Positions 8,859-17,182 of a DNA stretch of 64,000 nucleotides are shown in pieces (position 1 is the first letter of the stretch; the number at the start of each line of letters is the position of its first letter). Source of the stretch: Chloropicon primus (lineage: Eukaryota); NCBI GenBank assembly GCA_023205875.1, contig CP060755.1:1-64000 (forward strand), given 5' to 3'. Both the position numbers and the translations under genes were made by a program. Below the pieces are notes generated by a model, which had not been told where the DNA came from, searched no databases, and saw only the letters and a list, made by a program, of their open reading frames with translations.

Positions 8859-11495
8859 ATGTCCTTCTTGTCGCGATCGAGGTCGTACCAGGGCGGGCCC
8901 TACGTGGAGGTGTTCAGCTCCCAGGGCAGGGACCCCCTTCAGAACACCAAGGTGACGAACAAGAAGGGCGTCCGAAAGATATACGACAAGAGCGTCAGGG
9001 GGTATGTTATCTACTCGTCCACCTCGGCTTCGGCGAGGCTGCAGCTGCCCAAGGACGACAGGAAGGCGCTCAAGTTGTCCCAGCCCTACTTCGTGGTCCA
9101 AGTCTTCGTTCCGGTGGGGCAGGCCTTCTCGATCGCCATGAACATCAAGGACAAGAGCCACACGAGGAGAAGGCTTCACTTCTCGAGCTCCTTCAGTGAC
9201 ATCAAGGCTACCCCGCTGCACTGCCAGATCCCCTTGATCTCTCTGATACGAGGCAAGTGGCTGAACTTGGTGCTGAACATCGAGGACTTTGTTTGGAACA
9301 ACTTTCCTGGCCAGTCCTTCCTATGCATAGACACCGTGGAGATCGGAGGAATCAGCAAGATCAGGAAGATTTTCACCTTGAGGGAGGAACCGGGGACAGG
9401 GGACGTCCCCAGGCACCTGGACTACCCGACGGGGGTAGACGTCGACACCCAGTTCCTGGACAGCGACTCGATCAAGGACAACGAGGGTGTGAAGAAGCTC
9501 CGGGAGGCGACCAACCAGATCAGGCCCCTGACCGAGCCGCTCGTCAAGGAGATAGACCGCAACGAGGCGCCGGCCTCGGCCAAGGGTGGGCAGAACGGAC
9601 CCGTCCGCATAGCCTTTGGCACTAGGTTTCCGGCTCCCACGAGCTCGCCGCCTAAGAACAAGAGGTCGATCGGCAAGGGCTTGGAGATCTCCATCTCGGA
9701 CGAGAAGTCGTCCCCCTCAAGCGGGCCGGCCTCTCCTGTGGTGAAGCTACCCACGGTGCTGTCCCCTCGGGCGAAGACCGTGCACTCGGGCAGCGCGACC
9801 TTCCTGGAGGCGCTTCAAGGGAACAGCAGGGGGGGGAACTCTGTGACAACATCGTCGTCGAAAAAGTTCAGCAGGGACCTTCCCACGCCATCAGCTTCGA
9901 GGAAGCTCCTGCAGGAGCAGCAAAGCACGGTTCCGGTCCTGTCCAGGCACGGGAGGAGAGCCTACTTTGAGCAGGCGGAGAAGTCTGTGGATGGGACCAA
10001 GGGCTTCGGGGAGTCAGGCTCCTCGGAGTCGGGGATACCAGACCTGCTGGGGTCGTCGCCGATTGGTGGCCAGTCCCTGATGCAGATGTCCCCGCCGCAA
10101 AAGCCCAAGGTGAAGAAAGCGTACAGCAAGTTCCGGTACTCGGACTGTACGAATAATTCTCCGAGGGCAGCCACGACGGACAACAGAGGGGCCTCCGCTT
10201 CTTGCAACAACAATGCCGGGTCGCAGGGCCCTCAGCCTCTCGAGGACATCCCTCTGAACAAGCAGCAGTGCACCACGACCTCGACGAGCCAGCAGGTGGT
10301 GCCTCAGAACGGCAATGGGTTTGGACTGGACTCGAGCCGGTCGAATTGGGAGAGCTTGTACACGGACCAGAGCATGCAAACGCCGGATAGGCCTGCGCAG
10401 GCGAGCAGGATAAGCCTCCTTCCCCTCTCAAGTCAGTATGACATGTTTGGCGATCCCGGCGACAGCAAGGCGTCGTTTGACAAAGGGGCTCTCCTATCGC
10501 ACTCGAAGAGCGACAGCATGAGCTCGGACAGCTCGGAGAGGATCCAAAGCGACTCCTCGCGGTTACTTTCTAGCCGCCAATCCTCGTTCAGGCGGTCAGT
10601 GGAATTCAAGGACACCGAGGCCTCTTCCTCCCCAAATGGATCCACGCGCAGTGGCAGTGAGAGGGACCTCGAGGACGAGCTGGACTACGGGCTCTTCAAC
10701 GTGAACAACGCGTTTGTGGGCCAGACTCCGGAGCTCCACCCATGCAACTCGGAGCTCCTGGACGAGCCCGTGCGGATTCACGAGGACGAGCACGAGGGCC
10801 AGGAGGAGGAGGGGAACCAAGAGATCGGCAAGATTGTCGGGGCCGAGGCAAGTGAAGACCGGGGGGTCCGCAAGAACGTGGAGCTCCCGCCGCATGCCAT
10901 CAGCCTTGATCCCCTTCCGGTGAAGGCGATGAGATCCCTGGACAGGCCGTTCACGTCAAAGAGCTTCCCGAGGGAGAGGGAAGAGTCTGCCAAGGCCGCT
11001 GTGGCGCCAATGGAGTTGAAGACTACTGACGACGAGATGCGGGGGGGCACTGGGCGGACTGCCGAGGCCTCGGCCACGGAAACCCTCAAGGTCGGCCATC
11101 CAGAGCACCACAGGACCTTTGACCTGGAGGAGATCATGGGATCGACCCAGCCCGAGCTGATGAGCCGCAGCAGCTACAGCGAGACGACCGACGAAGTGCT
11201 GGAGGAGGACGAGCCCTCTGAGCTCGTGGAAGTGGACGAGGTGACCAAGAGACAGAGAGATCTGATCAACAAGCACAGGATCTTCACCCCTCCGGTGATC
11301 CCCGCGAGCAAGGTGTACGAGAACGACCACCTCGCGCCCGCTGTGACGGACTTCATGGGAAGCTTCAACAGCGGCGTCAACCAAGAGAGGTTGGAGGAGG
11401 CAGACGATGGCAACACGATGATGGACCTCATTTACGACCCCATCCTGAACTGTTACTACGACGCGAAGGCGAACCGATACTATGAGCTCAAGTGA
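8859..11495 (+). CDS. CFAP20DC: CFAP20-domain-containing protein (C3orf67/CFAP20DC-like)
   Basis: N-terminal YQGGPYVEVFSSQGRDP..L.QPY.V.Q..RRRLHFSSS..TPLHCQIPL (DUF667), a long disordered middle, and C-terminal DLIYDPILNCYYD..YYEL. Confidence 0.88.
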   Translation: MSFLSRSRSYQGGPYVEVFSSQGRDPLQNTKVTNKKGVRKIYDKSVRGYVIYSSTSASARLQLPKDDRKALKLSQPYFVVQVFVPVGQAFSIAMNIKDKSHTRRRLHFSSSFSDIKATPLHCQIPLISLIRGKWLNLVLNIEDFVWNNFPGQSFLCIDTVEIGGISKIRKIFTLREEPGTGDVPRHLDYPTGVDVDTQFLDSDSIKDNEGVKKLREATNQIRPLTEPLVKEIDRNEAPASAKGGQNGPVRIAFGTRFPAPTSSPPKNKRSIGKGLEISISDEKSSPSSGPASPVVKLPTVLSPRAKTVHSGSATFLEALQGNSRGGNSVTTSSSKKFSRDLPTPSASRKLLQEQQSTVPVLSRHGRRAYFEQAEKSVDGTKGFGESGSSESGIPDLLGSSPIGGQSLMQMSPPQKPKVKKAYSKFRYSDCTNNSPRAATTDNRGASASCNNNAGSQGPQPLEDIPLNKQQCTTTSTSQQVVPQNGNGFGLDSSRSNWESLYTDQSMQTPDRPAQASRISLLPLSSQYDMFGDPGDSKASFDKGALLSHSKSDSMSSDSSERIQSDSSRLLSSRQSSFRRSVEFKDTEASSSPNGSTRSGSERDLEDELDYGLFNVNNAFVGQTPELHPCNSELLDEPVRIHEDEHEGQEEEGNQEIGKIVGAEASEDRGVRKNVELPPHAISLDPLPVKAMRSLDRPFTSKSFPREREESAKAAVAPMELKTTDDEMRGGTGRTAEASATETLKVGHPEHHRTFDLEEIMGSTQPELMSRSSYSETTDEVLEEDEPSELVEVDEVTKRQRDLINKHRIFTPPVIPASKVYENDHLAPAVTDFMGSFNSGVNQERLEEADDGNTMMDLIYDPILNCYYDAKANRYYELK

Positions 11496-11550
11496 GCTCG
11501 AGTAGTGGAGGCGCGGGGCGGGATGGGATGGGATTGGAGTGGCGGATGAT

Positions 11551-12032
11551 TCATGTATTACCATCTGCCGTGCCGTGCGCCACTGTCCGCTCCAGCAGGT
11601 GGCGGACCAGGCCCTCCGCGTACGTCTCGCAGTTGTTCCCCAGCAGGGAGATGCTCGTGCAATACGTGTCACTGAATTCCTTTTGGCCGCCGGTGTACCA
11701 ATAGAGTTATAAAAAAAAAGCCAAAAACAGGATAAAGCAAAGCAAACAAAAGGAAAATCAATCTGTAAGAAAAGCTTGTTTTCGCACGCACCCACCCACT
11801 TTGTCTTACCCTGGCCCTTGCGAGGTTGGCCTCGTGGGTGTTGGGCGCCTCTCCCTCGAGGTCCCAACAGTCTCGAGCCTTCCGTCCCCTCCGGAATTGT
11901 CTCTCCCTCGTTTCCCCTCGCGTCGGCAGGTTGAGCACCATCCTCACCACCGTCTCTGGCCGCGTGGGCTCGACGGGGAGGAAGTCGAAGCAGACCACCC
12001 TGTCCCCTTCCCCCTCATCGTCCTTTTTCCCC

Positions 12033-12077
<45 letters not shown>

Positions 12078-12247
12078 CCTTTCCTCTCGTCGTCCTCCTC
12101 CCCGACGAGTAGGACGACTACGTGTTTGTTGATAGCGTCCCTCGCCCTATCCCTCGCCCCCCCCACCCTGGGCATCCTGTCCACAACTCCCCTCGTCCAC
12201 TCCATCCCCACCAGCGGCACCCTCGCCCTATACACCTTGGTCCTCAT
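11551..12247 (-). CDS. Small conserved protein with a probable permuted papain-like (His-before-Cys) fold; 2 exons (12247-11810, 11679-11551)
   Basis: Splicing at GTAAGA...AAAAG (intron 11809-11680, phase 0) gives 188 aa containing NKHVVVLL, FDFLPVEP and SISLLGNNCETYA. Confidence 0.6.
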
Positions 12248-12407
12248 CCTTCAGCCTACCCCTCTATCCACTTTGTCCCCTTCGTTCCCCTCTCCTCGGC
12301 CTCAAGTTGCCAGGGGACGGCGCGGGGGGTGGATGACCTTGACCTTGGCCTCGACGCGCTTCAGGGAACCGGGGACCGGGACGAGGGGGAGGAGGGGACA
12401 GAGGGCG

Positions 12408-13170
12408 ATGACGGGGGAGACGACGACGAGCCCGAGGACGAGGACGAGGGAGGGGGGGAAACAGCAACAGTACTCCTTGTGGATCACTCCACAGGGGAGG
12501 ACGGGGGAGGGGCTGGGGCAGATCATTGGGGAACTGGCGGGCAAATACGAAACGGAGTCCTTCGAGCCGCACGTGACCTTGCTGTCCGTCTTCGAACTCC
12601 AGCAGGAAGACCTGAAGGTAAGTTGCGGGGAGAGCGCACACGGATTGCATCATCAGACCGGGTCGTTCTGACTCCGCCTCGCTCGGGAACGGTTGGCTCC
12701 CTTCCTCTTCTCCTCGTGCCCCACCAAAGTCAGTGGAGGACTCCCTGAGCGAGTTGGCGAGGGGAACTTCCCCTTTCGAGATCACTTTGGGTTCGGTGGT
12801 GTCGGGAGCCTCTTTCTTCCAGTGCGTGTTCCTCCTTTGCCCGGTCGACGGAGCGCCCAACGCAGACCTCGTGCAGCTCCACCAGTCAGTCAGGAAAGTC
12901 CTGGAAGGCAACGAGGCTGTCAAGGTATCTCTTGCCAACCCGAATTACATGCCTCACCTTTCCTTGCTCTACTCGGGGGTCCAGGGGGAGGAGAAGGAGG
13001 GGGCGAAGGGACAGGCGAGCGCAATGCTGCGAGAGAGGCTCCCTGCTGAAGGTGGGTCAAGCCTCTCGTTCGGGGTGAGGTCCTTCGAGCTGTACGAGAC
13101 GCCCATGGGGACGGGGGACAATTCGACGAAAAGCTGGCGTCGCGTTGCAAGCTTCGACTTGGGCGGTTAG
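12408..13170 (+). CDS. 2H-phosphoesterase / cyclic phosphodiesterase (CPDase); 2 exons (12408-12617, 12730-13170)
   Basis: YSLW..P, FEPHVTL and YMPHLSLLY provide the two HxT/S motifs; ends KSWRRV. GTAAGT...AAAG intron with a TCTGAC branch point. Confidence 0.88.
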
Positions 13171-13398
13171 GTTAGAAGGATTTTCGGGGGGGCGGACGGC
13201 ACCTGAGTCCGCGCCCAAGTGCTAGGGCTGAAGATGTGATTTAGATTGTACAAAGTGTCCCGGGGGGTTACTGCTCCCCTCCCTGTGGATTTTTCTTGTT
13301 CGCTGCTTGCGAAGACGAACGAACGAGCGAACCAAGCGACGCTCGCAGCCGGAGAGCATGCGAACCGAACCGTTCGAGGCAACGCCCGAGCGGAAGGA

Positions 13399-14169
13399 TT
13401 ACACTGGATTGCCGAGCAGCACGTCGATGTCGCAGGCCTCCTCCTCGCTCATGCTCTCGAACGACAGCGGCGCCACGTCGGGACAGTCCTCCCTCTCCAG
13501 CGTGATGCCCGCGCCAGTCCTCGCGCCGAATCCCATGAACTTCTTCACGTCCTGCACGCTCGCGCTCACCTCCGCGGCCTCGGCCTCGGCCCTCCTCCTC
13601 TCCTGGGCCTCGAAGGTGTCGCCCATCCAGGCCTCCACCCCCTCCTCCGCGAACAGGTCGGCCCTCCTGTCCACCTCCCTCGCCAACGCGCTTGCGCCAC
13701 TCAGTTTGGCTTGTCCCCCGCTCGCAGCCGCGGCCGTGGCGGTGCTGGTGCTCGCGACCCTCCTCCCCGAGGCGAGCCCCCTTCCCGAGCTGCTTCCCGT
13801 GGCCTCCTTGGCCCCCCTGTCTCTGAGCCCCGCCCCCGGCGTCGTCGTCGTCGTCCTCTTCCTCGCGCTGAGGCCACCCGTCCCCTTGAAGGAGGACGAG
13901 GGCGTCTTGTTGGTGATGTTCCCGAGCGCCCTCCTCTGCTTGGTTCCTCCGAGTCCCGACGAGGGCGTCTTCGCCCCTTTGAGTGTGCTCAGCGGCGTCT
14001 TCGCCAAGCCTCCGTTGTTGTTGTTGTTGTTGAGGACCAGGTTGTTGTTGTTGTTGTTGTTGTTGTTTTGTTTCTTTAGACCCAGACGCCCAGGTTGTTG
14101 TTGGTTTAGGTTTTCCTTGTCCACCGCCCCCCCGTGCAGGTGGTTCAAGTGCCCCCCCTGCGACAACAT
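13399..14169 (-). CDS. APC/C-substrate protein with KEN box and D-box; securin/PATRONUS-like
   Basis: ATG at 14169, 256 aa. DKEN, RRALGNITN, a basic N-terminal half and an acidic C-terminal half containing FAEEGVE...EAQE. Confidence 0.65.
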   Translation of the reverse strand: MLSQGGHLNHLHGGAVDKENLNQQQPGRLGLKKQNNNNNNNNNLVLNNNNNNGGLAKTPLSTLKGAKTPSSGLGGTKQRRALGNITNKTPSSSFKGTGGLSARKRTTTTTPGAGLRDRGAKEATGSSSGRGLASGRRVASTSTATAAAASGGQAKLSGASALAREVDRRADLFAEEGVEAWMGDTFEAQERRRAEAEAAEVSASVQDVKKFMGFGARTGAGITLEREDCPDVAPLSFESMSEEEACDIDVLLGNPV

Positions 14170-14504
14170 TCTCCTCCTCTCCTCCTCTCCTCGTCCCTCG
14201 TGTCTCGTGTGTCGTGTCTCGTGTGTCTCGTCTGTCGTGTTTTTGTTTTGAACGCCGTGCCGTTCCGGTTCCTTTCCTTCCCGTTGATGAGGATCAGAGG
14301 AGAATTGGCGCGCGATCGCGATCGATCGGAGGAGGAGGGGGAACAGGAACACAACACAACACAACACACACGAACACACACGAAAACACGAAACACGAGG
14401 AGGAACACAATGGCGTGAACAAACACAACACAACACAACACAACACACAACATAACATAACATAGCATTGAACATAGCATACGCGAGACACGAGGGCGAG
14501 GAGC

Positions 14505-17111
14505 ATGAGGAGGAGAAACAAAACACAACAGAGAGAACCAGAACCAACACCAGAACCAGAACGAGGACGAGGACGAGGACGCGCGAGGAGGGATGCGGAG
14601 GAGACGAGGAGAGGGGCTTGGGGGAGGACCTTGGGCGTCCTCCTCGTCCTCGGCGTTGGAGTGGCGGTGGGGTTCGCGGGGTGGGGCTCGCGGGACGCCA
14701 CGCCCTTCGATGGAGGGGAACTGCTCAAGGACAAGTTCCAGGACAGGGAGGGGAGGTACTGGGGAACGTACAGGAGCACGGTGTACTTCGGGGTGAGGGC
14801 GAGGACAGAGCGGTCTTTGGTGTTCGGGGCAATGTGGTGGGACCCGCAGAGGCCAAGCACCTTCTCTGAGATCCGCCACGACGCGGAGAACGGGCACGGG
14901 CTGAAGACCTACGGCTGGACGAGGCACGACGGGGAGACCTTTGGGAAGCAGACGCTCCAGGACCAGGACGTGGAACTCGAGATGTCGTGGGCCAAGCAAA
15001 GCGAGGGCGGCCGGGAAGGAGGATACGGTGGCGACTTTGCCGTGCGGATGAGAGCCGGGGAGGCGAGGACGACGGCGGGGGGGGAGGGAGAGGAAGAGGA
15101 GAGCGCCAAGAATGGGAAGCGGGTCTGCGTCATCTTCTACGTCGTTGACGAGAGGCTGGCGCTGGGAGGTCTCGGGACAGAGGGCAGAGAGGCCGGGGAG
15201 ACGACCTTCTCGATCAATGAGAACCAGAGAGACGGCGGCGTGGACGATGGCGAGGTTGTGCGCCTCGCCAGCGGGTTCCGGGGGGAGGACGTGAAGGGGT
15301 GGGCCCTCCACATGCCGAAGGGGCCGGGGCAGCAGCACGTGGAGTGGAGCTACCTTGGGGAGAACGTGAGGCACACGCACAACCTCACCTCCGTCGCGCA
15401 GTTGAGACTGTATGAGACGTACCAGAAAGCGGGGGGAGGGATGCCTGTCTTCGGCAACAAGATCCACGCAGAAAAGTCGAACTTGGCGATGTTCCAGTTC
15501 CTTGTCCCGCTGGACCACACCCTGGACCTCGTGTTCAACTCCGGGCTTGAGCCACTCGTGGGGGAACCAAGAGGGTCCAGGGGGACGAAGAACAGGAAAG
15601 GGGCAACCCCCGAAGGAATTGTGCCAAAGGTGCGCGAGCTGTCAGGGGATAAGCTTACAGAGCTTTTGAGAAGGAGGGAAGACGCGTTCGACGACAAATT
15701 CGCTGCCATTTTCCCGATCGAGGACAAGGGTGCCGGGGAAGTCGCCAAGAGGGCCCTGAGCAATCTCCTGGGGAGCATTGGGTACTTTGCTGGCACCATC
15801 CTGATTTCCACTGCGGCCCGAAGGGGAGCTAGAGTGACGGAGAGGTATCCAACCAGAGCTTTGTTCACGGCTGTGCCGTCGAGGTCCTTCTTTCCCCGAG
15901 GATTCTTGTGGGACGAGGGGTTTCACCAGCTCGTCATTCAGAAGTGGAGCAGCGGGCTCTCGCGCGAAATGATCGCCTCGTGGTTTGATCTGATGAACGT
16001 GGACGGCTGGATCCCGCGAGAGGCCATCCTCGGGCAGGAAGCGCTAAAGCGGGTTCCTGCGGAGTTCGTGGTCCAAAACCCATCGCACGCCAACCCACCG
16101 TCCATGCTGATATCTTTGCACAGAATGGCGGTGGCGGCGAAACGAGGGGAGGGCGCAGGGGAGGAAGAAAAGGAATTTCTCGAGGGAATCTACGAGCACC
16201 TCAAGGTCTGGTTCGATTGGTTCACCAGGACGCAGAAGGGCCCTGTCCCGCACTCGTACCGTTGGCGAGGGAGGGACCCGACAACGGACAGGGAGCTCAA
16301 CCCCAAAACGTTAACGTCTGGCCTCGACGATTATCCCAGGGCAACTCACCCCACGGACACGGAGCGTCATTTGGACCTCAGATGCTGGATGGCTCTTGGA
16401 GCGAGAACGATGTCAGAAATAGCAGAGATAGTGGGAGCTCCCAGGGCCGATGTCGAGAGTTACGAGATACTGGCCTCCAGCCTTGAGGATCAGAGCGTTC
16501 TCGATGACCTCCACTACGACGAGGGCCTCGGCATGTACTTTGATTGGGGTTATCACACCGACAAGGTGAAACTCGTGAGAGCCATCGATGCCAACGGAAA
16601 CCAGGTCTTGCACAGAGAGGTTGGGAACCAACCCCCGTCGGAGCAGCTTGTCAAGGAGTTTGGTTACGTTTCCCTGTTTCCGTTCATGATGAAACTGATC
16701 GATCCGCGGTCAAAGATACTTGGTGACCACCTGCGATACTTGAGAGACGAGTCCCTCCTTTGGACTCCTCATGGCCTGCGCTCTCTAGCCACCACCAGCA
16801 AGTACTACAACAAGTACAACACGGAGCACGACAAGCCGTACTGGAGGTCGCCGATTTGGATAAACGTAAATTACCTCGTCCTGAACGCTCTTCAGCACTA
16901 CGCGCGGGAGGAAGGCCCGCACAGGTTGGAAGCAAGGCGGTTGTTCCACGAGCTGAGAAAAAATCTGATCAGAAACATCGTGGGTCAGTACAATAAGACT
17001 GGCTTCTTGTGGGAGAACTACAACGACAGCAGCGGCAATGGGATGGGGTCGCACCCATTCACTGGGTGGACTTCGCTCTTCATCCTTATTGCATCGGATA
17101 CGGATGACTAG
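14505..17111 (+). CDS. GCS1: Mannosyl-oligosaccharide glucosidase I (GH63)
   Basis: Type II TM, WGTYR, PSRSFFPRGFLWDEGFH, PKTLTSGLDDYPR, YWRSPIWIN and HPFTGWTS. Confidence 0.96.
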   Translation: MRRRNKTQQREPEPTPEPERGRGRGRARRDAEETRRGAWGRTLGVLLVLGVGVAVGFAGWGSRDATPFDGGELLKDKFQDREGRYWGTYRSTVYFGVRARTERSLVFGAMWWDPQRPSTFSEIRHDAENGHGLKTYGWTRHDGETFGKQTLQDQDVELEMSWAKQSEGGREGGYGGDFAVRMRAGEARTTAGGEGEEEESAKNGKRVCVIFYVVDERLALGGLGTEGREAGETTFSINENQRDGGVDDGEVVRLASGFRGEDVKGWALHMPKGPGQQHVEWSYLGENVRHTHNLTSVAQLRLYETYQKAGGGMPVFGNKIHAEKSNLAMFQFLVPLDHTLDLVFNSGLEPLVGEPRGSRGTKNRKGATPEGIVPKVRELSGDKLTELLRRREDAFDDKFAAIFPIEDKGAGEVAKRALSNLLGSIGYFAGTILISTAARRGARVTERYPTRALFTAVPSRSFFPRGFLWDEGFHQLVIQKWSSGLSREMIASWFDLMNVDGWIPREAILGQEALKRVPAEFVVQNPSHANPPSMLISLHRMAVAAKRGEGAGEEEKEFLEGIYEHLKVWFDWFTRTQKGPVPHSYRWRGRDPTTDRELNPKTLTSGLDDYPRATHPTDTERHLDLRCWMALGARTMSEIAEIVGAPRADVESYEILASSLEDQSVLDDLHYDEGLGMYFDWGYHTDKVKLVRAIDANGNQVLHREVGNQPPSEQLVKEFGYVSLFPFMMKLIDPRSKILGDHLRYLRDESLLWTPHGLRSLATTSKYYNKYNTEHDKPYWRSPIWINVNYLVLNALQHYAREEGPHRLEARRLFHELRKNLIRNIVGQYNKTGFLWENYNDSSGNGMGSHPFTGWTSLFILIASDTDD

Positions 17112-17182
17112 TCGTGTCAAAAAATTATTTAAAATAGATGTACAAAAACTCGTCTCGCGAAAAGTTAAAAGCTTCTTGACTT

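Noticed and set aside
14103..14114. Telomere-like GGTTTAGGTTTT internal word
   Set aside because: It falls inside coding sequence (ENLN codons next to the KEN box) and is coincidental.
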